This document shows positions 12,505-27,712 of a DNA stretch of 64,000 bases, piece after piece (positions within the stretch are counted from its first letter, which is position 1; every line of letters begins with the position of its first letter). Both the position numbers and the translations under genes were made by a program. The stretch comes from Neocallimastix sp. 'constans' (Eukaryota), in the NCBI GenBank assembly GCA_050613775.1, contig JBODTK010000012.1, forward strand, positions 992,001 to 1,056,000. The letters are read 5' to 3'. The notes beneath the pieces were generated by a model, which saw only the letters and a program-made list of their open reading frames with translations, ran no database searches and had not been told where the DNA came from.

Positions 12505-13260
12505 CAACAGTGAAAAAAGGAATATTAATATTAGTGATAGTGAAAATAATATTATCCTTACTAATAATATAGTGAATAGGTCAATTTTTGAAAATCGTGT
12601 TCATATTAATAATTTTCTGAATAATGAGTGTGTAAATATAAATGTGACACGGTACCGATTATATTACTTCCTTCTTGGTGGAAGAGATGCAGACATTTAT
12701 TGATTTAGATTATAAAAAAAGAAATGGGATAATTTAATTTAATAATCAAATCATTTCGGGTGATTAATTCTAAAAAACACCATTCTTGGTGCGATCTGTG
12801 GCTCTCTTTACAGAAATTACGCCTAGGGCTAGTACTCAATAAGGGTTGCCATTTCGATGGTATAAGCGCAAACTAACCAGGAGCGTTAATCCTGAAAAAT
12901 GCAATAAAAAATAGACTAGTAGGGCCAATGCCTCTGAAGGGAGAAAATCATAATTTCTTTCAGATAGTCAATTCAAAACTTAATCAGGAATAAGAATTCC
13001 TTTTAAACAGAAATCTTATCATCTGGAGGATGAGGTTCGTTGCCTATAAACTTTTTTTCTGAATTTATTTATATATTTTATTTTGAATATTTCTTTTATT
13101 TCACATTACTATTTAAAATATTATTATGTTCAAATTGAACAAATAATATTTATTTTTTTTATTAATTTGGTATTATTTTTTTAAACAAATTATTCATATA
13201 ATTAATAAACGAATAAATAAATAAATAAAGAAAAAGTTTTCAATAATTGAGGCTATAAAA
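12505..13260 (+). mobile_element. 5'-truncated LINE, family B (copy 1)
   Basis: Reads RYRLYYFLLGGRDA and PFLVRS..TRSVN, homologous to the LINE ORF2 C-terminus. It aligns over ~700 nt with 23170-23830, including the shared 3' end TTAATAAACGAATAAATAAATAAAG..CAATAATT. Confidence 0.75.
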
Positions 13261-13784
13261 TATATATATATATATATATATTTATTTATTTATTTGCGAA
13301 GCTTAGTATATACCTCTAATTTTCACTTTTGCAAGTTATTTTACATAAAAAGGTAATTTAAAAATCATATAACTAATTAAAAAAGAAAGATTTTTTTTCT
13401 CTAATCAATTAATTAATTAATAAATAAATTAAATCAATTATGTTATATCATATATATAATAGATATATAATGTATACTATAAATACTCTAAATTTAAGAT
13501 AACTACCAGTTATCTTAAATTTGGTTCTAAAAGTTTTATTATTAATTAACTAATTATTAAATATTTTGAGTTAAAAAAATATTATTAATATTATTCATAT
13601 TATTTATATTACAAATTGTATTTTATATGCAATGATTATTAGTAATAATTTTTGTAGTAAATTGGTGATGATTAATAAAGATTACTCCTGATTAATAATT
13701 TGTATTATTAATGTAGATTTCGTATTAGTAATTTATACTTTTACGGAAAATAAAAAATAAAATAAAATAAAATAAAATAAAAAA

Positions 13785-13818
<34 letters not shown>

Positions 13819-14944
13819 ATCAAATATATTAGTTGTGATTTTAATTAGGTGTATTAATTATTCATCTTTACATGACAAGTTATCCTAAACCTTATAAACC
13901 ATAATATTTATTTTTTTTAATATCTTATAATTATATTATTTTTATATGATATATAATTAATTTTTATCATATTAATATTAAAACTTAAAATATATATTTT
14001 TATTGTTATTAATATCAAATATAATAAAAATAATAAATTGAATATTCATATTCAATAATAATTGAATTATAATTATAATTAATACTCAGGAACAAAAAAA
14101 ATATTACTTTTGAATTGTTTAAAAAGAAATATTAAATGGGATTTGGTATAGAATTTTTATTTAAAAAAAATTTTTTTTTTTAAAATTAATTATTTTTTTA
14201 TAATAAAAATTAAATATTATATATATAAATAGGAAAAAAGGAACATAAAAAAAGTTTATTTTATATAAATGGAAATTTAATTTCTTTCTATTCAGCTTAT
14301 TTTTGGAAATAATAGTAAAAAATATATATATATTTATATACATATTTATATATTTATATATTTATATATATCTATATTATATATAAACTAAAAATCATTT
14401 TTATTTTTAAACTAATTAAAACAAAAACAAAAAATAAAACAAAAACAACAACAACAACAACAAAAAAAAAAAAAAAAAAAAAAAAAAAGAATTTTAAAAC
14501 AGATTGCTCCAGATATTAATATTAATCAAAATTAATAATAGTCTAAATAATAAGATCAATTATATCATTATAATTGATATAATTATTAAATTCTAAAGAA
14601 TTTTTTTTTTTTTTAAATTATTAGTTTTTTAAATAAAAAAAAATAAATTTTAGTAATGGAAACTAATTTTTTTTTTTTAAAATATAAAATATAAATGATA
14701 GTTATTATAAAATTAATATTTAATTACATTAAGTATCCTTTTTTATTTTATTACAAAATTATAAAAAAAAAAATATTAATAATACTATCTTAAATACTGT
14801 ATAAAAATTTTCTTTTAATTAAAATTGATATTAAATATATAAAAGTATATAAATGTTGAAACTAGTTATTAGATAATGTAAAATAATGTTGTTAAAACTA
14901 CTTAATTTTTATTATAAAACATAATAATTAATTCAATTATTATG

Positions 14945-15100
14945 TAAATAAATAATTAATTAATTGAATAAATAATTAATTAATTGAATAAATAATTAAT
15001 TTATTGAATAAATAAATAATTAATTGAATAAATAAATAATTAATTGAAAAAATAAATATTCAATTGAATAAATAAATAATTAATTGAATAAATAAAGAAT
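14945..15100. repeat. ~20-bp minisatellite (AATAAATAATTAATTGAATA)n
   Basis: About 7-8 imperfect tandem units are visible. Confidence 0.8.
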
Positions 15101-15794
15101 TATTGGATTGAACTGAAATCAATAGAAAACTCAATCGAATTTAATTTAATTTAATTTAATTTAAAATGAAATAATAAATTTATTATTTTATTATTTTATT
15201 ATTTTATTATTATTAAACTTTAAAAATAATAAAAACAAAATAGGCCGCATAATTAATTTAATTTATAAATGAAATTGAAAAAAAAATGTAGATTAAGAAA
15301 ATTAGAAATTCTTTTCATATATTTAAAACAAAAAAAATATATATATAAAATTATATTTATAATTTTTATTTTTATTTTTATTTTTTTTTTATTTATTTAT
15401 TTATTTATTTTTTACTTGTTTTTATTGGGATTAATAATTTCAAAACAAAACAAAACAAAAAAAATACTTCATTTATTTATTTTTTACTTTTTTTTTTTCC
15501 CTTTCGATAGAGATATAAATAAAATAAGTTAGGTATAAAAAAACATCAATTTTTTTTAAATTTATGTTTATTATTACCTATATATATATAAAAAGCGTAT
15601 AAAAAAAAATTCAATTTTTATAATTATAAGAAGAGAGTCCGTTGAAACACAATTGCCCTCTATTTATTTCATCACCTAAAATTTAAATTGTATTTATTAA
15701 AAATTTAAGATTTTAGGGAATATTTTTTTATTTATATAATGAATATTAATAATTTTAATATATACATTTATATCAGTAGAGGTAAAAATTTATG

Positions 15795-16025
15795 TTTTAT
15801 ATATAATTATATATATAAAATTATAAATCAATAAAATTATATATTTATATATATATAATTATATAAATCAATAAAATTATATATTTATATATATAAAATT
15901 ATATAAATCAAATAAAATTATATATAATTATATATATATAAAATTATATAAATCAATAAAATTATATATTTATATATATAAAATTATATAAATCAATAAA
16001 GTTATATAAAATTATATTTATATAT
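15795..16025. repeat. ~40-bp AT-rich minisatellite (ATAAAATTATATAAATCAATAAAATTATATATTTATATAT-like)
   Basis: The unit containing ATAAATCAATAAAATT recurs about 5 times in tandem. Confidence 0.75.
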
Positions 16026-16789
16026 ATTATTGTTTGAGATATGTTATTTTGTTATAATATAAAATTTTTATTATTTGCCAGTCAATTTTTAACCCTTTAA
16101 GAATCATTTAATAAATGAAGGATGATAAATTTAATAATTAAACTTTTCTTTTTTTTTTTTTTAACTAATATTGTTGATTATATTAATTTTTTATTGCAAT
16201 ATTTACTTGGCAATTTTTTTTTAATATTGGTAAAATAAATGATTTGTTTAATTATTTTTTTTAAAAAAAAAAAATGAAAAATATATATATAATTCATATA
16301 AATATATAAAGAAATTATGTAATTATACAATAAATCTATCGTTGCATGGTTTTTGATAATAAATCATAGTTTATTCGTAATTCGTTTTTGTAATTCATTA
16401 AAAAAAAAAAAAGCAATATAGGATGTCGTTTGGTTCATTTATTTAATGAATTTGGTTCAATTTGACGACATTTTATATAAAAAAATAAAAATATAGGTAT
16501 AAATAATTTTTATTTACATGAAATTAAACTAATTATAATTGTATGATTTTTTTTATATTATTACATAGAGAAAACGATATTCATATGAAAAAGATCATTT
16601 GTTTGCAAAGGTTAATAATATATAATGAATAAATGATTAAATTAATCAAAATAATAATGAATAAATTAATAATAACAATAATAACAATAATAATAAACAT
16701 AATAAATAATAAATAATAAATAAATAATGGATAAATGAATAACAAATATAAAAATAAATTATTAAATAATAAGTAATAATTGAATAATA

Positions 16790-17340
16790 ATAATAAATAA
16801 TAAATAATAAATAATAAATAAATAATAAATAATAAATAATAAATAATAAATAATAAATAATAAATAATAAATAATAAATAATTGAATAATAAATAATAAA
16901 TCATGAATAATAAATAATAAATAATAAATAATAAAATAATAAATAATAAATAATAAATAATAAATAATAAATAATAAATAATAAATAATAAATAATAAAT
17001 AATAAATAATAAATAATAAATAATAAATAATAAATAATAAATAATAAATAATAAATAATAAATAATAAATAATAAATAATAAATAATAAATAATAAATAA
17101 TAAATAATAAATAATAAATAATAAATAATAAATAATAAATAATAAATAATAAATAATAAATAATAAATAATAAATAATTATATAAATAAATAATAAATAA
17201 TAAATAATAAATAATAATAAATAATAAATAATAAATACTAAATAATAAATAATAAATAATAAATAATAAATAATAAATAATAAATAATAAATAATAAATA
17301 ATAAATAATAAATAATAAATAATAAATAATTATATAAATA
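16790..17340. repeat. (AATAAAT)n heptamer satellite
   Basis: Direct tandem array; same unit as at 46685-47950. Confidence 0.95.
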
Positions 17341-19507
17341 AATAAGTTATAAAATGTTAAGGATAATAATTAAAAATATTAATTATATTAAATATATTAA
17401 ATATATTTTTAACCATCAATGTTATTTATAATTTACAATAAATTAATATTAATAAAGAAATAATAATTGATTAATTAGGTAATAATTAAATCGTATTTCG
17501 CATCTTTTTTTAAATGTTTCGATTTTTTTTTAAAAAAATTAAATTTATTAATATATTAAAATTATTATTTAATTTAACATTAGCCAATGAAATTCATTTT
17601 CACAAATAATAAAATTGACACCTTAAAAAAAAAAATGAAAAAGTATAAAAAATATATAAAATTATAAAATATAATAAAAATATCTCAAGAATACATAAAA
17701 AATTTATATTAGGTATAAAGTTTTATATATTGAAAAATATAAATAATAAAAACAAAAAAAAAAAATTATAAATTATTAATAAGAATAAATAAATAGATAA
17801 TAAATGAATGAATGAATAAACAAATATATAATAAATAAATAAATAATAAATAAATAATAAATAAAGTAATAAATAAATAATAAATAAATAATAAACAAAT
17901 ATATAATAAATAAATAAACATATAGCTAATAAATAAATAATAAATTAAGTAATAAATAAATAATAAATAAATAAATAATTAATTAATAAATAATAAATGA
18001 AATAATAAACAATTATATAATAAATAAATAAACATATAGCTAATAAATAAATAATAAATAAAGTAATAAATAAATATATAATAAATAAACATGTAACTAA
18101 TAAATAAATAATAAATAAGTAATAAATAAATAAAATCATGTAATTTAATGAAATTTTAAATTTCTTAAAAATATCTTTTATTATTTATATATATTTAAAA
18201 AATTTATTTAAATAAATAATATTCATTCATTTATCTATATTTAATATAAATTTAACTAAATTATAATTAATTATATATTATATTATACATATTATATTAA
18301 TGGTTTTTAAATAATAATAATCAAAGGTTAATATAAATATATTGTGTATTTATATTACAATATAAATTAAGATTAATTATAGAAAAATCATCAAATAAAT
18401 AATAAATAATTTTATTAAATATAAATAAATAAATAAATTATTTTTCAATAATCTAATAAGATAAATAAACAATAAAAACAATCAACTTCAAATAATTAAT
18501 AAAAAATAGGTCTTCTAAAATAAAATAAAATAAAATATAATTATAAAAAAAATTTGGAAAAAAAAAGTTTGGAATAATCTAATATTTTATAAAAATACTA
18601 TATAAAATGAAAATTAAAATTTAAATAATAGAAAATATTAATAAATAATCAGTTATAGATTTTTTTTTTTTTTTATTTTTTTTTAAAAAAATTGAAATAC
18701 AATACTAAAATATTATATATATAAAATTTCAAATTTCAAATTTATACTAAATAAATTTTTTACTATTGTTTTAATAATATAGTAATTATTAAATATAAGC
18801 TTATAAAAATTACATTGATATTTCCATATTTATTATCTTTTAATTTTCTTTAAATGATTAAAATTCATATTTATTATCTTTTAATTTTCTTTAAATGATT
18901 AAAATTCATATTAAGTATTTATATCTAATATAAGTATTGAATAAATAAATTATATTAATTTATAAAAATAAAAAACCAGAAAAGATTTATTACATAAATT
19001 ATTTGAAAAAAAAAATATAATAATACTAATTATTAAAAAATAGTTCCATTTACTTATTTATTTATTTTATTTTAATGTAAATAAAAATTTGATAAAAAGA
19101 AAAATATCAATAAATAAATAAAAGTAAGAAAAAAAAAAAAAAAAAAAAAAAAAATCAAAGAGAAACCTTTGATAAAATAATAATAAAACAGTAAAATAAA
19201 ATAAAAAAAAAAAAAAAAAGCTAAGCCTTTATTTATTTATTTTAATAAGTTCGGCAAAAAAAAATATTAATTATTTATTATTTATAAATTAAAAAAAATT
19301 AAATTTTTTCTAATTTGTTTATCGTTTAAATATCACACATATAAAGATCAAAGAAAATAAATATATCGTTATTTTTACAATTTTGTTTATACACCAATTA
19401 TAACAAATAATTTATTATAAAGTTAATACATATATAATAACGATAAATATAACATCAATAAATAAATTTTTTCATAAATAAATTTTTTCATAAATAAAGA
19501 AAAGAAA

Positions 19508-20106
19508 ATGAGTTATAGAGATCCATATGAAAGAAATAATGCCCCATATAGTAGGCTACCGGACAACAACTATAGATCACCCCCACCACGAAATGATTAT
19601 TATAGAAATCCAAGCACATCAGCAGCAACTGGAGGTAGCTATTATAACCAAAGCTCAGGATATTCAAATAATTATAACCAGGGTTCAAGATATAACCAGG
19701 GTTCAAGTTATAATCAAGGTTCAAACTATAATCAGGGTTCAAGCTATAATCAAGGTTCAAGCTATAAACAAGGTTATTCTAATAATTATGGTAATAATGA
19801 TTATGATAATGTAGTTTCAAATTATGCAGTAGGTGGTGGATTAACAAAGCCACAACCAGCTGCAACAAAACCATTAAATCCTGGTCAGGGAACAAGAAAT
19901 GGAAAAGTACGTAGTGCCCTTTTCAACCCAGAAGTACGTAGACAATTAGAAAAAAATTCAAAGAAATATAAACCATATTTCATATATGCTGTAACAGGTA
20001 TTCAGGTTTTGGTTTTACTTATTTCCTACATATTGAACTTTAAAAATACGGGTTCACCAATTACAGATATACATGAAAATTTTTTCCTTGGTCCAGCACC
20101 AGGTGT

Positions 20107-20143
<37 letters not shown>

Positions 20144-20978
20144 AAATTTGAAATATTATTTATTTATTTATTATTATTATTTATTTTTGTAAATTGGAAT
20201 TAATTAATTAATGTAATTTGCTTTATTTTAAATTTAATAATGTAATATTATTTTTTATTATATAAATATATAAACATAAATATTTATTATATATAAATAT
20301 TTTTTAAATTATATTACTTTTAAATAATAATAAAAAAAAAAAAAGACTTTAATTTCATTAGGAGCTAGATATATTCCATGTATGAAAGAAACAGAATTTA
20401 GTGGTGAATGTCCTTATGGTATTAAAGGTAGTATTTCTCCAACAACTATTCCAGTAAAGGAATCTGGTAAAGTTGATAAAAAAGGTAATGATCAAGGTAA
20501 AATTGGTACTCTTTTAAAAGGTCCGTACTATTGTAGTGAAAGTGATGTTTGTGGTTTTGGAGGAATAAAAAATCAATGGTTCCGTTTTTTTACAGCAATA
20601 TTTGTTCACAGTGGTTTACTTCACATAGTTTTTAATTTAGTATTTCAAATTAGAACAGGACTTTCATTAGAACGAGATTTCGGTACATGGAGAATAGCAA
20701 TAATTTATTTGGCAAGTGGAATTTTTGGTTTTATATTTGAAGCTAAATCTTTAGGAAATGTTCCAACTGTTGGTTGTTCTGGTTCTCTTTATGGTAAGTT
20801 TATTTAATTTTCATATATATTAATAATTTTTTAAGTTTTTATATAAATATTTGTATATAAATATAATATAAAATATAAAAAATACTAATTAATATTTTTC
20901 TATAATATAAATATAAAATATATATATATATATATTATTTTAATTACAATTATTTGTATATAATATATATTTACAAAT

Positions 20979-21015
<37 letters not shown>

Positions 21016-21138
21016 AATATCTCATTTAATTTAATCATATATAAAAATTTACCATACAATTTCAATAATCTTATTTCGCTTTATTAATTAATAATAATAC
21101 TAATAATAATTATAATAATAATAATGAAATAAAAAACC

Positions 21139-21191
<53 letters not shown>

Positions 21192-21582
21192 TACAAAACA
21201 AAAAAAACAAATAGGTTTATTAGCTTGTATTTTACTTGATTTACTTCAAAATTGGAAGTTAATCATACATCCAGTAAAAGATCTAATTAAATTATTAAGT
21301 ATTATTATTTTATCATTTGGTATTGGTTTCCTTCCATATTTTGATAACTTTGCTCACATTGGAGGTTTTATTATGGGTTTTCTTACCGGTTTAATTTTCC
21401 TTCCAACAATTATTTTCAGTAAAAGTGATGGTAGAATAAAACAAGGAATGCAAATTCTTGCTATCTTTATCACTATTGCTTTATTAGCTTGGTCAATTAA
21501 AGATTTCTATAGTGAAGAAGTTGGTTGTGAATGGTGTCAAAGTCTTAATTGTGCACCATTCATTGACAAATGTAAAAATTAG
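19508..21582 (+). CDS. Rhomboid-family intramembrane serine protease A (~470 aa, 3 exons: 19508-20104, 20346-20793, 21215-21582)
   Basis: GT-AG splicing gives a continuous ORF with QWFRFFTAIFVHSGLLHIVFN, the catalytic GCSG and DNFAHIGGFIMG, plus a C-terminal CEWCQSLNC. Confidence 0.93.
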
Positions 21583-21683
21583 GAAAAACGAAATCATAAT
21601 TAATAGAAAAAAAAAGTCATACAATAGGAAAAAAAAATAAAAAAAAATAATAATTATAATAATAAACAAATAATATTCTCATG

Positions 21684-21720
<37 letters not shown>

Positions 21721-21777
21721 AAAAAGAAAAAAAGATATATTACACTATAATAGAAAAAAATAGAAAAAAAAATCAAA

Positions 21778-21824
<47 letters not shown>

Positions 21825-22879
21825 AAAATTAATCATAACCTGTCGAACACTCGCAAGAAAAAAAAAACATTTTCAATCACGACGAAACTTTTGTAAATTT
21901 TTTTTTTTTACCATTAAAAAAAATATATATATATATATAATAATAATAAATAAATAAAAATAGGAAAATGGAAATTAGAAATAAAACAATTAGTTAAAAA
22001 AAATTTTATTTTTTTTTATAAAAATGAATATATATATATCTATTAATGTTTTTTTTTTTTATTATTTTTTTATTTATTAATATATTTCTATTTATTTTAT
22101 AATTTTTAATTTTTTTTAATTTATATATATATATATGAGTGTATAATAAATAAATTTATTATATATATATATACATTAATTCATAATAAATATAAATCTA
22201 ATTTTTAGTAATTATAAGAAATATTAAATTATTAAAAAAAAAAAAAAAAAAAACTTATATTTTAATTATGTTCTCTGTATAACATGAAAATAACACACAA
22301 AAAAGAAATAAAAGAAAAAAAAAATTAAAAATATTTAAAAAAAAAAAAAAAAAGAATTATAAAATATATAAATAATTATGAATAAAAAATAATATAAATA
22401 TTATTTTTTTTTTAAAAAAAAAAAAAAAAAAAAGAAAATTATAAAAAAATATATAATATATATATATATATACTTTTTTTTTTTATTAATAAATAGAATT
22501 AAAATAAAATAAAAATAAAATAAAAATAAAAAAATAAATTAATAAATAAATAAATAAAATATAGATAAAAATATAAAATAAAATAAAATAAAATTATAAA
22601 ATAATAAAAAATATAATAAAAAATAATAAATAATAAAAAAAAAAAAAAAAAATTAAATAAATAAAATATAGATAAAAATATAAAATAAAATAAAATAAAA
22701 TAAAAAAAAAAATAAAATTATAAAATAAAATAAAATTATAAAATAATAAAAATAATAAATAAAAAATTATAAAATAATAAAAAATATATAAAAAAAGTAA
22801 TAAAATAAAATAAAAAAAAAAAGAAGAAAAAAAGGAACTTTATATATATATAAAATAATTTATGATTATAATTAGAAAA

Positions 22880-23089
22880 AATAGTAATCCTCGAATGGAA
22901 GATTGGTTTTCTAAATGCTATCTTTTCGGTGAATTTCAAATGAAATATTTTTAAGGATATTGAAATTCTTTATGAAAAATTGTTTGTGATTAATAAAATA
23001 TTGTCCAATATCAAATAGTAACGTGGACACTGTTGTCACATATATGAATAATGTAGAATCAAGTACAGATTCTGATAGTAGTAACAAAG

Positions 23090-23127
<38 letters not shown>

Positions 23128-23729
23128 CATAGTAATAATATTGTTAATAATTGGTAGTATTAGTGATAAAGAAAAGAAAAAAATATGAATATTAATATTA
23201 GGGATAGTGAAAAATAATAGTATCGTTACTAATAATGTAGGTCAGTTGGTGAAAATCGTTTTAATATTAGTAATTTTTCCGATTAATGAGGGTGTAAATA
23301 CTCATATGACGTGGTACCGATTGTATAATTTTCTTCTTGGTGGAAGAGATGCCGACATTTATTGATTTAAATTATAAAAAGGAATGGGATGTTTTGTTTA
23401 AGAACCAAATCATTTCGGGTGATTAAATCTAAAAACGTCATTCTTGGTGTGATCTGCCGCTCTCTTTTACAGAAATTATAACTAGGGTCTAGTACTCGAC
23501 AAGGGTCACTATTCCGACGGTATAAGTGCAAACTAACTAGGAGCTTTAACCCTAAAAAATTCAGTAAGACAGGCTAGCAGGACCAATACCTCTGAAGGAA
23601 GAAGACCATAATTTCTTTCAGATAGTCAATTCAAACCCTAATCCGGAATAAGTAATATGGAGGAGAAGTTCGTTGTAGAGGAATTTTTCTTCTGAATTTA
23701 TTTATACACTTTTTTTTTATTAATTCTGT

Positions 23730-23774
<45 letters not shown>

Positions 23775-23832
23775 TAAACGAATAAATAAATAAAGATTAA
23801 AGTTCACAATAATTACGACTGTAAAAAAAAAA
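22880..23832 (+). mobile_element. 5'-truncated LINE, family B (copy 2), with poly-A tail
   Basis: Homologous to 12505-13260 (GGTACCGATT..CTTCTTGGTGGAAGAGATGC, CATTTCGGGTGATT, CAGATAGTCAATTCAAA). It ends CAATAATTACGACTGT-(A)n. Confidence 0.78.
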
Positions 23833-23927
23833 CCAAAAAAACATAAACAAAAAAAAAAAAAAAAAAAAAAGATTATTATAACAATTTATTTAGTGGCGTT
23901 TCTAGTTTTAAATCATTTTTATTTTAA

Positions 23928-23971
<44 letters not shown>

Positions 23972-24111
23972 ATTTTTTTTTTTTTTTTTTTTTTTATAAT
24001 ATTTAGAGTTTTTAAATCAATCAATCATTAATTTACTAATTAATAAATATAATATATAATTTAATTAAATCTATATTAAAATAATTATATATTTTTTTTT
24101 CTTTTCTATTT

Positions 24112-24378
24112 TTTCATATTTTCATATTTTCATATTTTCATATTTTCATATTTTCATATTTTCATATTTTCATATTTTCATATTTTCATATTTTCATATT
24201 TTCATATTTTCATATTTTCATATTTTCATATTTTCATATTTTCATATTTTCATATTTTCATATTTTCATATTTTCATATTTTCATATTTTCATATTTTCA
24301 TATTTTCATATTTTCATATTTTCATATTTTCATATTTTCATATTTTCATATTTTCATATTTTCATATTTTTCATATTT
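24112..24378. repeat. (TTTTCATA)n octamer satellite
   Basis: About 32 near-perfect tandem copies. Confidence 0.95.
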
Positions 24379-25173
24379 TCCTGTTTTTTTATTATTTTTA
24401 ATTTTAGAAAAATATATATATACATTATTTTTAAAGTTGACTTAGTTTTTATTTTATCACATGAATCAAATAATATTACGTGGAATTTTTTTTTTATAAT
24501 ATATTTTTACTTTTTTTTTCATTATTTTATATTCATTTTTTTTTTTTTTTGTTTTATATTATATATTACTTTAGGATTATAATGTTAATTTTTATAATTA
24601 ATTTTTACGAAGTTATTGATTAATTTGTATTAAATTTAAAATTTTATTTTATTTTCTTTTTTCTATTTTTATTTTTTTCTTTATATTTTCTTTATATATA
24701 TATATATCTATTATATTTGTTATATATTTATTTGTTGGACTAATTATTTTAATTTTAGTATTATATATTAATCTTTATTATAATATTAATGATGGAAATT
24801 TAGCTTTAGAAAAGGTACAATTCAATACTAAGGAGATGAAACAAAAATCTTTGAAAGAATTTCTATTAAAGAGTTCTTGAGTCAAAAAAAAAAAAAAAAT
24901 TCTGTCGATTTAAAGCGTACATTAAAGGACTTTTTTATTTTCTTTACCTCAATTATTGATTTAAGCTTCAATTTCGAGTTAATAATTTTACTAATATGGT
25001 TTCATTATTTTCTTCGGCAATGATTACAGGAAAACGTCAAAGGTATTCCTATCTTTTTTAGTCTTTAGCACTGATATTAATTCTCATTTTTACAAGTAGT
25101 TACAAAAATATACATTTATATATATATTTTTGTATTATATATTACTTATATTATGTAATATAAATGTATAGTG

Positions 25174-25205
<32 letters not shown>

Positions 25206-25663
25206 TAAACACCGTATATTATTTAATTATATTATATTATCTAATATAAATATATTATTATTATTATAATGTTATTGAAACGTGGTTTAATGAAATAATA
25301 AAATATTATTTATACTCTATTAATTATTATAGTGATTAAATTTTAATTTAATTGATTTATTTATTCATGGTAATAATTTAAATATACTTATATATGAAAT
25401 ATTTATTTAATGTAAAGTTAGTAAGAACTTAATTTTTCATATAAAATTTATGTAATAATTATATATGAAAAATTTATTTTTAAAATATTACTTTTTGTAT
25501 TTTTTAAAAAAATATTATATTTAGTTAAAGCAAGGCTATATTTAATTTAAAATATAATCATTCAACTTAATAATTTTTTGCGAAGTTCTATCTATTTGTA
25601 AATTTTAGAATGTATGCCAATAGAGTATTTAATGAATAACACACAGTACAATATTTTATTTCC

Positions 25664-25694
<31 letters not shown>

Positions 25695-26345
25695 GGATCA
25701 AACCATACCCGGTTTGACATGACTAAATAAACTAAAATTCGATTTGGACATAAATTTGTTTATGGCTAATTTTTTATTTTTATTTTCCAATTTAAAACAT
25801 TTTATTGTGGGAGCCATTTATTAACAATTTGGTGGAATACATCTCTAATGATCCCCCAATGATGTTCATGCTATTTGATTCTGTAAATTCATCCATTGGT
25901 AAAATTTATTAACGAAAGTAAATGCTCGGTCATAATTATTCACGCATTTATTATATAAGTAATCTCAATCTTTTGTACATTTATAAGAAACATAGATAGT
26001 ATTGTTGGTTCAATAGAGTGAGGTTTATAACTTGAATTTGATCCACTAAAGAATCTGCCAATATATCAAGTTAAGAATGTAATGAAGTATTTATATGTTC
26101 AAAAATCAAAAATCACTTAAGAAGGATTTATTTTTAAAAATACTATTTTACAGAATTGCTATCATAAAGGAACATTTGAGGGGAAAATTGAATTAAATAA
26201 GCATTATATTAATCCTGATTCTTGTCAATTCAACGGGGATTCTACTGTACAATCAGATCATTGTTATCTTTCAAGTACTGGAAAAGATGGAATTATATGA
26301 TAACATCAATTGGGAAAGAGCTCGTTATTACGAAATTGATATATT
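25695..26345. pseudogene. Decayed coding-like island of unknown origin
   Basis: GC is locally higher and there is no intact ORF. The 3' part reads ..QVLEKMELYDNINWERARYYEIDIFNNYK* on the + strand. I did not recognise the family. Confidence 0.35.
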
Positions 26346-26452
26346 TAATAATTATAAATAATTTTGTAATAATATTATATAAAATATAATAAAGATATTA
26401 AATATATATATATCTATAAAATTAAAATAAAATCATCAATTTTTTTAACTAT

Positions 26453-26486
<34 letters not shown>

Positions 26487-26748
26487 TTTTTTTTTTTTAA
26501 TATATATATTTTATTTAATATTATATATATATCATTATTTTATTATTTTTTAAAAATTAGTTAACTAAACTTACTTTAAATAGAATTAAATGAATGTATT
26601 AATTTAATATCCTATTCATTATGTATGAAGCAATATAAACATAAAAAAAAAAATAGGTAAATAAAATAAAATATGACAATGTAATATTAAGCCTTTAAAT
26701 TTAAATTTATTCGTATTAATATATATTGTAATAATAATAATGAAAATA

Positions 26749-26789
<41 letters not shown>

Positions 26790-27386
26790 AAATAAATATT
26801 AATAATAATAATGAAAATAAATAATAATAATAATAATAATAATAATGAAAATAATTAATAATAATAATAATAATAATAGTAATAATGATATTTTATAAAA
26901 TTTTTTTTTATAAGAGTTTTTTTTTAAAAAAAAAATTTAGTAATTAGTTATAAAATAAAGTTTAATATAATTGAATTAAATAAACATTATATTAATCCTG
27001 ATTCTTGTCAATTCAACGGGGATTCTACTGTACAATCAGATCATTGTTATCTTTCAAGTACTGGAAAAGATGGAATTATATGATAACATCAATTGGGAAA
27101 GAGCTCGTTATTACGAAATTGATATATTTAATAATTATAAATAATTTAGTAATAATATTATATAAAATATAATAAAGATATTAAATATATATATATTTAT
27201 AAAATTTACTTTAAATAGAATTAAATGAATGTATTAAAATTTAATATCCTATTCATTATGTATGAAACAATATAAGCATAAAAAAAAAAAATAGGTGAAT
27301 AAAATAAAATATGACAATGTAATATTAAGCCTTTAAATTTAAATTTATTCGTATTAATATATATTGTAATAATAATAATGAAAATA

Positions 27387-27439
<53 letters not shown>

Positions 27440-27665
27440 AAATAAATATTAATAATAATAATGAAAATAAATAATAATAATAATAATAATAATAATGAAA
27501 ATAATTAATAATAATAATAATAATAATAGTAATAATGATATTTTATAAAATTTTAAGCATAAAAAAAAAATAGGTGAATAAAATAAAATATGACAATGTA
27601 ATATTAAGCCTTTAAATTTAAATTTATTCGTATTAATATATATTGTAATAATAATAATGAAAATA

Positions 27666-27712
<47 letters not shown>

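Noticed and set aside
16088..16105. TTAACCCTTT as a piggyBac terminus
   Set aside because: I found no matching opposite terminus or transposase in the window.
24112..24378. (TTTTCATA)n as a telomere or CRISPR-like array
   Set aside because: It is internal, has no G-rich strand and no spacers, and there are no cas genes. It is a simple satellite.
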